A stretch of 62,017 bases of DNA from Opitutales bacterium (GTDB lineage: Bacteria; Verrucomicrobiota; Verrucomicrobiia; Opitutales; JABDGR01): NCBI GenBank assembly GCA_035546135.1, contig DASZWY010000136.1:1-62017 (forward strand), given 5' to 3'. This document shows, one piece after another, positions 26,769-36,223 of the stretch (the first letter of the stretch is position 1; each line of letters opens with the position of its first letter). The notes beneath the pieces are model-generated. The model was given only the letters and a program-made list of their open reading frames with translations. It had not been told where the DNA came from and ran no database searches. The position numbers and the translations under genes were made by a program.

Positions 26769-27292
26769 GCGAAGACGCCACCGGCTCAAAGAACCGCCGC
26801 TGCCGCGTGTGCGGATGCACGGAGGACGACTGCCGGCAGTGCATCGCCAAGACAGGCCAGCCGTGCCATTGGGTCGAGCCAGACCTGTGCTCGGCGTGCG
26901 TGCAAGACCCGGAGGGCGACGCCGAGGAGGCCGCGGAAGAGCATGGCGAGCCAATCATGCTTGATTTCAAACCGAAGCCACGGCAGCCCATGCCCGCCAA
27001 CGCGCCAGCGGGCGCGGGAGAGGAAACGCCGGACGTGATTTGCGACGGCACCGGCAGGCCCGACCTGCTGCTGACACTGCAACACTTAATCGACACGATG
27101 GCTGAAAGCGCCGGCGCGCTGGAGCTGCACGCGCGCGACCTGAAAGCCCGGCGCGGCGGCCCGGATGAGTTCGCCGCCTACATTGCCACGGAAACCACCG
27201 CCGGCTGCACGCGCACATTTGCGGAGGTGCTGGCGGAAACCGTGAACGCCTGGAGGGCCGCTGCCCTCGCCTGGCAAAGGACGCCGCGATGA
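26765..27292 (+). CDS. Cys-rich (zinc-binding-like) protein
   Basis: Second GTCGTGAGCG junction. N-terminal CRVCGCTEDDCRQCIAKTGQPCHWVEPDLCSAC has eight Cys and one His in 33 residues. Confidence 0.55.
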   Translation: MSEDATGSKNRRCRVCGCTEDDCRQCIAKTGQPCHWVEPDLCSACVQDPEGDAEEAAEEHGEPIMLDFKPKPRQPMPANAPAGAGEETPDVICDGTGRPDLLLTLQHLIDTMAESAGALELHARDLKARRGGPDEFAAYIATETTAGCTRTFAEVLAETVNAWRAAALAWQRTPR

Positions 27293-27495
27293 AAATCGAC
27301 AACAAATTCGAATTGCGGCAGCGCGTGTATTCGCCGCTGGACCCCGACGCGCGCGGCATCGTCATTGCCATCACGGTGAATGGCGCGGGCGGCGTGCTTT
27401 ATACCGTGGCGTGGGAGGACAAGAGCGAACGCCAGCATTACGACTTCGAGCTGACCGCGGAACGCGTTTTTGGCGAAAAAGGCGAAGAAGACTGA
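27289..27495 (+). CDS. hypothetical protein
   Basis: ATGA-coupled. 68 aa. Confidence 0.5.
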   Translation: MKIDNKFELRQRVYSPLDPDARGIVIAITVNGAGGVLYTVAWEDKSERQHYDFELTAERVFGEKGEED

Positions 27496-27583
27496 AATCG
27501 TGTCAAATGAAATTTTTCCCGCAGGGGGCGCCGGCGCAAACCGTTGATGCTGGTGAAAAATTGAAAATATCAAAAATCGAGTG

Positions 27584-27592
27584 TGGTATATT
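27584..27592 (+). promoter_or_regulatory. extended -10 promoter candidate (TGgTATATT)
   Basis: TG-G-TATATT in an AT-rich 100-bp gap, upstream of 27599 and the structural module. No good -35 element. Confidence 0.3.
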
Positions 27593-27598
27593 ATAGGC

Positions 27599-27832
27599 AT
27601 GACCACCCTCGAAAAACCCATCACCCGAAAAGCGGCGCGCACGATTGTGCAGGGCCGCCCCCTGGTCGTCACGCTCCTGCCGGGCAAGGACGACGACATC
27701 ATTGAAGTGCGGCAGCACGGCCGCCGGACGCGCTACGCCATCACGGTGCGGTCGGCGTATTCGCTCGGCGCGAAGAACTTCGCGGCGACCACGCGCGAGG
27801 AGCGGAAAAAATCCCGCGGACGCCGCCGCTGA
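27599..27832 (+). CDS. hypothetical basic protein
   Basis: ATG 27599 (MTTLEKPITRKAART). 77 aa. Lys/Arg-rich C-terminus. Confidence 0.5.
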   Translation: MTTLEKPITRKAARTIVQGRPLVVTLLPGKDDDIIEVRQHGRRTRYAITVRSAYSLGAKNFAATTREERKKSRGRRR

Positions 27833-28012
27833 ACCGCGCATCATGTAGGTATTTTGCCCCGGTTTGGCCTGGTTGGGCGAGGTTTGCCCCGGATGGGAGC
27901 GCGGACGGTTGCGCGCGGAAACAATTTGGGCGAAGGGTGGGCTTTACCGACGCCCTTCCACGGATTCAGCGGCGGTCTCGCAACAGGAACCCGCGCCCAA
28001 CCAAACCCACTC

Positions 28013-29356
28013 ATGACAATCTTCCGATTGTTCTGCGGCATCCTCCGCGACCAGGCCGGCGACGGCCAAGGCGGGGGTGCAAACGGTTCCTCGGGATCCG
28101 CAAAACCCGTGCCCGGTGGTCCCGGCGCCGCTTCGCAAGCGCGCACAGGCCCCACGACAGAAGGCGACGTTCACGACGTGCTGGCCGCGCGTTTTGGACA
28201 AAGCCCGACTCAACCCAAACGATTCCAACCGAAGAAACCGACCGGGCAGCGCATAGCCGTGGCAGAGCCGCCGCCCGATTTGCAGCCGGCGGACGACGAC
28301 CAGCCCGGCGACGATTCCCCCGGGAATGACGCCGAAGGCCAGGACGAAGACCGGACGGAAGGCCAAGAACCGCCGCCAGACGACGCGCAACCGCCAGACG
28401 ACGCGCAACCGACGGACGACGACCAGCCCGACGACGACTCCCCCGGGGATGACGCCGAGAGCCAGGACGGCGACGCGGGAGACGGCGAGGATGAAGGCGT
28501 CGAGTTCAGCGAGGAGCAGCAGCGCGTGTTCAACAAGCGGCTGGGCAAGGAAGTGCGCAAGCGCAAGGAGGCCGAAAAACAGCTCGCGACCGTCCAGGCG
28601 GATGCTGAAAAGCACCTGCAGGCGGCGCAGCGGGCCGCGGCGGAATTGCAGCGCGTGGCCGCCCAGAAGCTCATCCCGGTGCCAACGCCCACGGTGCCAC
28701 TCACCAACGTCAGCAACCAGCAACAACTGGACCAACTGGCGGTGAGCGCCCGCGAGTTCAAGCGCTGGGCGCAACGCAACCCGGAAGGCGGCCCATGCCC
28801 GCTGCTGGGCGCGCAGAACGGCCAGCCGGTCGTGCTGACCGCCGACCAGGTGAGGGACAAGCTGCTGACGGCGGAGGATGTGCTGGAAATGGAAATTCCG
28901 GCGCGCAGCCGCTACCTGGCCGAAGAGGCCAAGTATGAGGCCATGGCCGCCGAATACCTGCCGGAGCTGAAAAACCCGGCCAGCGCGCTGTCCGCGCACG
29001 TCAACCAGGTCTACATCGCCTTCCCGCAAATCAAACTGCTGCCGCAGCACAAGATAGCGGCCGCGCAATCGGCGCTCGGCGCGATGCTGTTCCAAAAACT
29101 CGGCGCGGGCGCCTACGCCCACGTGGAGAAGCTAACGGCAGGCGGTTCGCCGGCAAACGGCCCGCGCACGCCCGGCAAAGGAAACGCGCCGGCGCGCACC
29201 AAGCCGCCGGCGGCGACCGGCACCCGGACGCTGGCGCGGCCCGCGAGCGGAAACCCCGGCCAGAAGCTGCAGGAAAAACTCGGTTCAGGAAATGCCAGCC
29301 GCGGAGACGTCCACACGGCGTTGAAGCAGCGGTTTGGGGCGAGGCGGACGGCCTGA
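28013..29356 (+). CDS. scaffolding-like protein (acidic repeats + coiled coil)
   Basis: Lies immediately upstream of the capsid gene. A highly acidic Asp/Pro/Gln tract has an internal 123-bp duplication. It is followed by a coiled-coil-like region (EEQQRVFNKRLGKEVRKRKEAEKQLATVQADAEKHLQAAQRAAAELQ). The start is uncertain: ATG 28013, or the TTG at 27854. Confidence 0.5.
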   Translation: MTIFRLFCGILRDQAGDGQGGGANGSSGSAKPVPGGPGAASQARTGPTTEGDVHDVLAARFGQSPTQPKRFQPKKPTGQRIAVAEPPPDLQPADDDQPGDDSPGNDAEGQDEDRTEGQEPPPDDAQPPDDAQPTDDDQPDDDSPGDDAESQDGDAGDGEDEGVEFSEEQQRVFNKRLGKEVRKRKEAEKQLATVQADAEKHLQAAQRAAAELQRVAAQKLIPVPTPTVPLTNVSNQQQLDQLAVSAREFKRWAQRNPEGGPCPLLGAQNGQPVVLTADQVRDKLLTAEDVLEMEIPARSRYLAEEAKYEAMAAEYLPELKNPASALSAHVNQVYIAFPQIKLLPQHKIAAAQSALGAMLFQKLGAGAYAHVEKLTAGGSPANGPRTPGKGNAPARTKPPAATGTRTLARPASGNPGQKLQEKLGSGNASRGDVHTALKQRFGARRTA

Positions 29357-29391
29357 TTCGGCCAACCACCAACACCCAACATCCGACCATC

Positions 29392-30417
29392 ATGCCAGAC
29401 ATTGCACAGCCCGGCATCGTCGGGGCCCGCGAGGACCTCTCCGATGTCATTTTCGCGATTGACCCTCAGAGCACACCGCTCCTGGCGGCAATCCCCAAGG
29501 GCAAAGCGCCCAAGGGTTATCTCCACGAGTCCCAAGCCGTCCTGCCGAAACGCGGGAAGAAAACCGGCGTGCCCGCCGGCGAACCACGCGGGGACCCGAA
29601 GCAAGCGTCCGTCCGCAAGCTCGTCTATTCCTGCCCGCACGAACTGCGGTGGGACTGGGGCGTGGCCAAGCAGACGATTGACGTCATGGGCGACAACGTC
29701 GCCGGCATCGCCGACCTCGTCGCCGATGAAATCATGTTTGCCATGGCCAACGTCAAGCGCATGCAGGATGAAATCCTGGGCGACACCGGCGACCTGGTGG
29801 ACGTGAACGACGGCCCGACGGAAACGCGCGGCGCGGGATCGGCCATCTCGAGCGCGCCGCAAGGCTCGCACCCGATCGACCCACTGTTCCTGCCCACCGC
29901 AGCGCAAATCTACACCGGCGACCTTTCAGCGCTAACGGAAGACACATTCCGCGACCTGATTTCGGCGTGCTGGATGCGCGGCAACACCGTGCGCCGCTAC
30001 ATGGGCGTTTGCGGCATGGCCATCAAGAAGACGGTGGGCACGTGGAGCATCCGCAAGGAAAACGTCGACGGCTTCACCAACGTCCGCCAATTCCAGCAAA
30101 GCGGCCTGCAAGACCGCGTACTGTCAAGCGTGGTGGATTCCCTGGAAACGGACGGCGGCACGGTCGAGCTGCATGTGTCCGGCAACCTGAACGTGCCGCG
30201 CACCAGCGACGACACCTTCGTGCCGGACTACAACCAGGCCAACTGCTGCTACATCTTCCCGATGGACGACCAGTACTGGGAAATGGGGCAGTCGCGGCCG
30301 ATGCGAAACGACGAGGCGCCCACCGACGTCGCCTCCCGCCAGGGCACCGTGAGCTGCATCTTCGACAACCGCATGCTGCCGACGTGCATGGCGAAAATTA
30401 ACGCGGCCAACGGCTAA
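29392..30417 (+). CDS. major capsid protein (inferred)
   Basis: 341 aa, after the scaffold-like gene. The N-terminus QPGIVGAREDLSDVIFAIDPQSTPLLAAIPKG resembles the SU10/P22-like (DUF5309-type) capsid family as I recall it. Confidence 0.65.
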   Translation: MPDIAQPGIVGAREDLSDVIFAIDPQSTPLLAAIPKGKAPKGYLHESQAVLPKRGKKTGVPAGEPRGDPKQASVRKLVYSCPHELRWDWGVAKQTIDVMGDNVAGIADLVADEIMFAMANVKRMQDEILGDTGDLVDVNDGPTETRGAGSAISSAPQGSHPIDPLFLPTAAQIYTGDLSALTEDTFRDLISACWMRGNTVRRYMGVCGMAIKKTVGTWSIRKENVDGFTNVRQFQQSGLQDRVLSSVVDSLETDGGTVELHVSGNLNVPRTSDDTFVPDYNQANCCYIFPMDDQYWEMGQSRPMRNDEAPTDVASRQGTVSCIFDNRMLPTCMAKINAANG

Positions 30418-30491
30418 GCAAGCGCAGGGACGCCGAAGTGACTAAGGCGCGCCTTTGACCATCCCACTTCCACCTCAACGAAAGCAAAACC

Positions 30492-30983
30492 ATGTCAGCA
30501 AGAATCTATCCACTCTCCGCACCGGAGCGGGCGAAACACCTCGCCACCCACATCGTCAAGTTGCAATACACCGACCTTATCGGCCTGACCGGCGCGTCAA
30601 CGGCGGCCACCGCCGTCGCCGCCGTGCTGTTTGCGGCCAAGGCGGGAACGCGCGTCGAATACCTGGGGCACCGGCTGGTGACGCCGTTTGCCAATGGCGC
30701 GGACGCCGCGTTCAACACCAACACGTCGAAAGTCGGTGACGGCACCGACGACGACCGTTTTGGTCTGTCGCAGGAATTGAACCTGAACGGCACCTACGTG
30801 CCGGTCGGACCGGTCAGCGCGCCGGCCACAACCCAGCCGTATCTTTACGGCGCGGACACGAACGTCCTGGCCACCATCGGCTCGATGACGGGCAAGAAAA
30901 TCAGCGACCTCACGCAAGGCGAGGTGCATTACTTGTTCCGCCTGACGAACCTGAAAAAGGTCTCGGACAGCGTGCCGGGCTAA
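30492..30983 (+). CDS. hypothetical virion-associated protein
   Basis: 163-aa ORF directly after the capsid gene, followed by strong hairpins. Confidence 0.5.
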   Translation: MSARIYPLSAPERAKHLATHIVKLQYTDLIGLTGASTAATAVAAVLFAAKAGTRVEYLGHRLVTPFANGADAAFNTNTSKVGDGTDDDRFGLSQELNLNGTYVPVGPVSAPATTQPYLYGADTNVLATIGSMTGKKISDLTQGEVHYLFRLTNLKKVSDSVPG

Positions 30984-30989
30984 AAGCTT

Positions 30990-31062
30990 CCCGGCCAGCC
31001 TACGGCGGCATGGCCGGGCAGGGTAGCAACGGGAGCGCCGCGCGGGAAAACGCGGCGCTCCC
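30990..31062 (+). terminator. two GC-rich hairpins downstream of the capsid-region genes
   Basis: CCCGGCCA (30990-30997) pairs with TGGCCGGG (31011-31018). GGGAGCGCCGCG (31031-31042) pairs with CGCGGCGCTCCC (31051-31062), with an 8-nt loop. No U-tract follows. Confidence 0.35.
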
Positions 31063-31080
31063 ACTTCCCCACCACACCAC

Positions 31081-31536
31081 ATGCACATCGGGCCCGTCAT
31101 CAGCCCCATTTTCGGCGACATCACCGCCATGGTTGAGGCCTCGCTGCGCCGCAAAATCCGCGCGCAACTCGACGCGCAGGCGCGGCGCGCGAAAGCCGCG
31201 CAGCGGCTGGTGGCGCGACTGGCCGGCCCCCGGCAAATCATCCGCGGGCTCGGGGAGCACAAGATGATGCTAGCGCCCGACGTGTACTGGCACTGGTTCC
31301 ACCGCGAGGGCGCGGACTGCTGGGGCGACAAAGGCTTCTGCCGCGACATCGCGCGCGACAATCCGGAAATCCTGGTGCGCAATGAAAAGCCGATGGACCG
31401 CGTGAGCCTCGCGGGATTGGACGTGCCCACAACGCGGCGCCGGCCGGAACCGACCCGCGCCCAACTCACCGCGGGCAAACATCCGCGGCAGCAGGCGGCC
31501 GCCATCCTCAACGCGCCCAACCGCGCCCTGACCTGA
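31081..31536 (+). CDS. hypothetical protein
   Basis: 151-aa ORF. No motif recognised. Confidence 0.5.
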   Translation: MHIGPVISPIFGDITAMVEASLRRKIRAQLDAQARRAKAAQRLVARLAGPRQIIRGLGEHKMMLAPDVYWHWFHREGADCWGDKGFCRDIARDNPEILVRNEKPMDRVSLAGLDVPTTRRRPEPTRAQLTAGKHPRQQAAAILNAPNRALT

Positions 31537-31538
31537 AA

Positions 31539-32489
31539 ATGCGCACGCTCCCGCTCAAACAGTTGCTCGCGCAAATCGCGGTGCTCGTCGGCACGCGCTG
31601 GCAGGATTTGCTCGCGGACGAAGCGTCGCGGTGGACGGACGCGCTGAACCTGCGCATCGAGAGCGCGTGGCAGGCCTTTCACTGGCCGGAACTGCGCGTC
31701 ATCGAGCAGCGGTACTTCTACGACGGACTGTGGAAGGCCGGCAGCTACGCCGCGGGCAAAATCAAATACCACGCGCCGACGCAAAAATACTGGCAGGCGG
31801 CGGTGGCCACGAGCGCGACGCCCGGCGCGAACGACGACTGGACGGAACTGGCGGAGCCACTGTACCGCATCGTGCCCTGGGACCAGGACGACCAGCCGCC
31901 GCTCGGCGACCTCTACAGCGTGCACGCGGAAGACCCGCGCCCGCACCGGAGCGCGCGCGAGCTGGCCTTCGACCTGAACGGCGACGGCGCGCGCATCCTG
32001 CCACCGCACCACCAGCCGCTCAGCGCCTGGGTGCAGTACCGCCAAGTTTGCCCGAGGTTTGCCGGCGAACCGTACCAGGACGGCCAGGAATCGGCCCCTG
32101 GTGAAATCTATTATTACGCGCCGGCCGGGGAGTGCTACCTGTGCCTGGTCCCGACAACGAGCGTGCCGGCGGATAGCGTGCCCTTTGGCACGGAGGGCGG
32201 CGACATCATCGGCGACGAAAGCGGCAACTGGTTCGCGACAGATATCGCGCACTGGCAGCGCCAGCCGATTCCGGCATTTTTGCAGCGCGCGCTCGCGCGC
32301 GGCATCTACGCGGACCTATTGCGCGGCGACGGCCTGGAAGACGAAGCGAACGACGCCGAACAGCTTTACCAGCAGGCGCTCCAGCAGCAAATGAAGCGCA
32401 TCGTCCATCAAAACAATCAACTGCCGGAAATGCGCGTATTCCCGGGCCGGCGGCCACGCCAGCCCAGCCGCTGCCGGCTCACCGCCTAA
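31539..32489 (+). CDS. hypothetical structural protein (head-tail adaptor candidate by position)
   Basis: 316-aa ORF between the capsid and tail-fibre genes. It contains the variant palindrome at 32057. Confidence 0.5.
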   Translation: MRTLPLKQLLAQIAVLVGTRWQDLLADEASRWTDALNLRIESAWQAFHWPELRVIEQRYFYDGLWKAGSYAAGKIKYHAPTQKYWQAAVATSATPGANDDWTELAEPLYRIVPWDQDDQPPLGDLYSVHAEDPRPHRSARELAFDLNGDGARILPPHHQPLSAWVQYRQVCPRFAGEPYQDGQESAPGEIYYYAPAGECYLCLVPTTSVPADSVPFGTEGGDIIGDESGNWFATDIAHWQRQPIPAFLQRALARGIYADLLRGDGLEDEANDAEQLYQQALQQQMKRIVHQNNQLPEMRVFPGRRPRQPSRCRLTA

Positions 32490-32501
32490 ACCCCACATGC
32501 C

Positions 32502-32828
32502 ATGTACATCCGGCTAGCCACCATCGCCCGCGCCCTGCGCGTCAATGACACGGACAACCACGTGCCGGCACCCGCCAGCGCCGACAGCCGCCCGGCCACG
32601 CCGGCCCAGCCGGATTCACCCATCACCGTGCCGGGCACCGCCGCCGAACCGCCCTGGTGCGCCATCACGGCGTTGGCCGACGCCGTGTTCGACACGCTGA
32701 CGGCGAGCAACTGGAACGGCGGCACGCAACAGACCAGCGTGCCATTGCCGGCGGGCACAACCATCTACGGGAACTTCACCCAATTTCAACTCGCGAGCGG
32801 CGACATCATTGCCTACTGCGCGCGCTAA
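32502..32828 (+). CDS. hypothetical protein
   Basis: 108-aa ORF. Confidence 0.5.
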   Translation: MYIRLATIARALRVNDTDNHVPAPASADSRPATPAQPDSPITVPGTAAEPPWCAITALADAVFDTLTASNWNGGTQQTSVPLPAGTTIYGNFTQFQLASGDIIAYCAR

Positions 32829-32834
32829 ACCGCC

Positions 32835-34592
32835 ATGCCACCTCCCGCCGTCATCCGTCCCACAGCATTCCCTTCGGCGAGCAGCATCGCCGACTCCGAC
32901 GTCATCCCGATCGACGGAGCGGACGGCGTGCGCAAAATGACAATCGCTCAGGCCGCGACGCGCTTTGGCGGCGGAGGCGGGAGCGGGACGGTGACCAGCG
33001 TGGCGCTGAGCCTGCCCGGTATTTTCAGCGTGAGTGGTTCGCCCGTGACGGACGCCGGCACGCTGGCGGCGACATTGGCTAATCAGAACGCCAACCTGAT
33101 TTTTGCGGGACCAAGCAGCGGCAGCGCGGCCGCACCGACCTTTCGCGGGCTGGTTTCGGCGGACATTCCCGCCAGCGTCGCACTAAGCGGCACGCCGACC
33201 GCGCCCACGGTGGGGACGGCGACAGACAGCACGACGAAGATTGCGACGACAGCGTTTGTGCAGGCGGCGATTGCGGCCGCGGGCGGCGGCGGGGGCGGCG
33301 GCGCGTGGGGCAGCATCACAGGCACGCTGGCTGACCAAACCGATTTGAGCACGGCGCTGGCGGCGAAAGCGCCGCTGGCCTCGCCGACGTTCACCGGCAC
33401 GATGACGATTCCGACGGTGGCGGGAACGTCAGACAATTCCACCAAGGCGGCGAGCACGGCGTTTGTGCAAGCGGTGGTCGCGGCCATTCCAACAGTGCCG
33501 GCGGTAAGTGGTGGCACGTCGGGAAAAATTCTCTCGAATAACGGCACGACGGTTTCCTGGGCCTCGCCGGGCTTTTTCGTCGATGGAGACGGCAACACCA
33601 TTTTCAACGGCACAACGCCGATATCCGTGCAGTACGGCGACGGCTCGGTAAACGCGAATTTCAACGTTTACGGTTGCGTGGCCGCCTATTCCACCACGGG
33701 GCTGCATAAAATCGTTTATGACGCGGACAACACGTTGGACGTGCTGCTGATCCAAAAAAACGGCTTAAAGGTAGACGGGGTGACGCCCAACGGCCAGAGC
33801 GCGATTGATTTTCTTTCCAATGCAGACATCGGAGATGACTACGACGGAACGGGCTTCATCAAACACGATGCAATTTACGGCGCAATGGGCTTCGACCCTT
33901 CGCTTTCCTCGAATGTCCCGAGCAACGGGCGGATGTATCTTTCCTTCAGCCCCGGGTTTCAGGCGCCAGATTTCGACCTGCCGACGACCGGCGTTGGCGC
34001 GTTTGTGCTGCAGCAGGAAGGCGTCATCGGCGGCGTTTACAAGGCGGGTTACGCCTGGGCCTGCAACAATGACTGGTCCATCTCGCGCACGGACCCGAAC
34101 CGCAATGAGCAGTTCCGAATGTATGGCGTCGGCGACAGTGGTTACTACGATACAAACTGGACGCAAGTGGACGACTCCAACCACTACTGGGGCACGACGC
34201 CCATGGGCGTGACCATTCGGCAGACCAGCCATGAGAGCAAAGAAGTGGTCATCGGCATCCGCTCGAGCAATTTCACAACGGCGGGCTATGAGGTTTTCGG
34301 GCCGTCGAAAGGCTTTGTCGGCACCACCGCCGGGAATGGGCTTTCGCTTTATGCGTCCGCCGGACCGATGATGTTCACCACCGGCGGATTTGCCGCCGCA
34401 AACGAACGCTTCCGCATTGATTCGTCGGGCAACTTCATCGCCTCGAATGTGGTGACGAGCGACCTCTCCGCCACGCTGGCGAACAGCCAGTATCAGTTCA
34501 CCGTTTACGACAACGCCGGCACGGCCGTCTTTAAAATCCGTTACAAGGACGGCAGCGGCACGGTGAAAACCGGCACGGTGGCCCTCACTTAA
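32835..34592 (+). CDS. tail fibre protein
   Basis: Duplicated N-terminal module (GTPTAPTVGTATDSTTKIATTAFVQAAIAA and PTFTGTMTIPTVAGTSDNSTKAASTAFVQAVVAA), typical of phage fibre shafts. Gly run. 585 aa. Confidence 0.65.
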   Translation: MPPPAVIRPTAFPSASSIADSDVIPIDGADGVRKMTIAQAATRFGGGGGSGTVTSVALSLPGIFSVSGSPVTDAGTLAATLANQNANLIFAGPSSGSAAAPTFRGLVSADIPASVALSGTPTAPTVGTATDSTTKIATTAFVQAAIAAAGGGGGGGAWGSITGTLADQTDLSTALAAKAPLASPTFTGTMTIPTVAGTSDNSTKAASTAFVQAVVAAIPTVPAVSGGTSGKILSNNGTTVSWASPGFFVDGDGNTIFNGTTPISVQYGDGSVNANFNVYGCVAAYSTTGLHKIVYDADNTLDVLLIQKNGLKVDGVTPNGQSAIDFLSNADIGDDYDGTGFIKHDAIYGAMGFDPSLSSNVPSNGRMYLSFSPGFQAPDFDLPTTGVGAFVLQQEGVIGGVYKAGYAWACNNDWSISRTDPNRNEQFRMYGVGDSGYYDTNWTQVDDSNHYWGTTPMGVTIRQTSHESKEVVIGIRSSNFTTAGYEVFGPSKGFVGTTAGNGLSLYASAGPMMFTTGGFAAANERFRIDSSGNFIASNVVTSDLSATLANSQYQFTVYDNAGTAVFKIRYKDGSGTVKTGTVALT

Positions 34593-34690
34593 CTTTCAAC
34601 CCATTCCCCCTATAACGGCCTGCCTTGCCCACTGTTCAAATCGCGCGCGATTTCCAGCCAACAGAGGCAGGCCACCTTTCCCCCAACACC

Positions 34691-35110
34691 ATGAAGCTCC
34701 CCTACAAAAAAATCATCTTAATCCGCGCGGCGCTCAACGCCCTGGATGGCCGCGAAAAAACCGTCGAAGTCAAAGGCCAGACGAGCGTCATCGTCAAGCC
34801 GTTCAAGTTTTCCGGCAAGACGCGCCTGAAAATCGCGCGCAACCTGCGGGCGGTCGAGGGCGCGTTTCAGGATTATGACACGGCGCGCATCGGCCTCGTG
34901 CGGGAAAACGCGAAGCCGGAGGAAGACCGCGTGGCCGACGACAAGCTGGCGCAATTTAACAAGCAGCACGAGGAACTGCTGGAGAGCACGGCGGAAGTGA
35001 CGCTCGACCCGCTGGCCGAAGGGGACCTCAACCTCGATGACAACGAGATCCCGCACGGCGCGCTGGCGGTGCTGCTGGAATTTCTCATCCCGCCCGCGGC
35101 GGCAAATTAA
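34691..35110 (+). CDS. hypothetical protein
   Basis: ATG 34691 (MKLPYKKIILIRAALNALDG). The track start at 34625 is a TTG. Confidence 0.5.
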   Translation: MKLPYKKIILIRAALNALDGREKTVEVKGQTSVIVKPFKFSGKTRLKIARNLRAVEGAFQDYDTARIGLVRENAKPEEDRVADDKLAQFNKQHEELLESTAEVTLDPLAEGDLNLDDNEIPHGALAVLLEFLIPPAAAN

Positions 35111-35146
35111 AACCCCTTCACCCTCTATTAAGACCCTTTCACCCTC

Positions 35147-36190
35147 ATGAAACTCTACGGATACTACAACCAAGAACGCCTGCGCGAGAAACCGACCAAG
35201 ACGGAACTCGGCATTTTCTTTGCCGTCATGTTTTTGACGGTGGCATTATTCGCGCTGCTGTGCTTTGCCGGATGCAGCGCGCCGGCGCTGCCCGGCCAGA
35301 CGGCCAGCGAGGTGAAGCTGGACCGGGCGCAGGACGCGCAACTGAGCCACGCGGCGGCGGCGGTGCAGGCGGCGCAGACGGCCAACCAGGCGAACCCGGA
35401 GGGATTGCCGAAGACGGCGACCGCGGGCGAACTGGGCGTGGCGAACGCGAATTTGCCGGAGCCGAAACCGGAAGACGCGCGCGAGGCGCTCGCGCGGGTG
35501 AACGCGGCCCTGACCGGCCAGCTCGCCACGGCGCAGGCGGCCTGGGCGAAAGCCGAAGCGCAGGGCAACGCGCTCCAGGGCAAGATTGACGATCTGCAAA
35601 AACAAGTGGCGGCGGAGAAGGCGGCGGCGGCGGCCAACGAAAAGAAGGCCAACGACCGGCTGTGCATCATCGCGGCGCTCATCATCGGCGGAGGGTTCAG
35701 CCTCGGCGCGGGCCTCAGCCTGGCGGCGGGATTGTACTTCGCGCTGCCGAAGCTGGAATACGGCGCGGCGGGGCTCGGGCTGGCGGGCGGCCTGGCGTTC
35801 TTTGCAGCGACGCAAGTCGGCACGACGCATTTCAACCTGCTGGCGACGGGCATCATTTTGGCCGGGCTGGCGGCGGCCGCCTACACAGTCTGGCACAGCT
35901 TTGCCGCGGGCAACACGCTCACGACCAAGGCGGACGGCCTGGACAGCGCGATGAGCGCGCTGAAGACCTTTGCGGCGCACGCGGCCGCGGACGTGGAAGT
36001 GGGCGCAAAAGACCTGGGCCATTTTCTCGAAAAGGAATTTGACTGGGCGGAAACAAAAGTGGCGGACGGCTGGGACTTCATCATCGGCGCGCTAAAAGGG
36101 CTGGTGAAGAAGCCGCTGCCGACCGCCGGTTTGCCGGCAAACAACGCGGTTCCGGCCGCCACGCCCGCCTTCCCGCCCACCGCGCGCTGA
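35147..36190 (+). CDS. lipoprotein-like multi-pass membrane protein
   Basis: Lipobox-like LLCFAGCSAP. An Ala/Gln-rich coiled-coil region is followed by about four hydrophobic segments (IIAALIIGGGFSLGAGLSLAAGLYF, GLGLAGGLAFFAA, LLATGIILAGLAAAAY). It contains a perfect palindrome copy. Confidence 0.55.
   Translation: MKLYGYYNQERLREKPTKTELGIFFAVMFLTVALFALLCFAGCSAPALPGQTASEVKLDRAQDAQLSHAAAAVQAAQTANQANPEGLPKTATAGELGVANANLPEPKPEDAREALARVNAALTGQLATAQAAWAKAEAQGNALQGKIDDLQKQVAAEKAAAAANEKKANDRLCIIAALIIGGGFSLGAGLSLAAGLYFALPKLEYGAAGLGLAGGLAFFAATQVGTTHFNLLATGIILAGLAAAAYTVWHSFAAGNTLTTKADGLDSAMSALKTFAAHAAADVEVGAKDLGHFLEKEFDWAETKVADGWDFIIGALKGLVKKPLPTAGLPANNAVPAATPAFPPTAR
36129..36142. repeat. GTTTGCCGGCAAAC palindrome, perfect copy (GLPAN)
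   Basis: Read directly from the sequence. Confidence 0.95.
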
Positions 36191-36223
36191 GCGCTCCGCC
36201 CACACCCCGAACGCCCTTCGCCA

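Noticed and set aside
27854-28012. TTG-initiated N-terminal extension of the scaffold-like ORF.
   Set aside because: The extension is Gly/Arg/Pro-rich and lies in a region with repeated TTTGCCCCGG words that looks non-coding. The first well-placed ATG is at 28013. The start remains uncertain.
32835-34592. Diversity-generating retroelement targeting the tail fibre.
   Set aside because: There is no reverse transcriptase, and I could find no template-repeat copy of the fibre 3' end.
35117-35146. Direct repeat TTCACCCTC twice (35117 and 35138), immediately before ATG 35147.
   Set aside because: It is too short to separate from chance without comparative data, so it is noted only.
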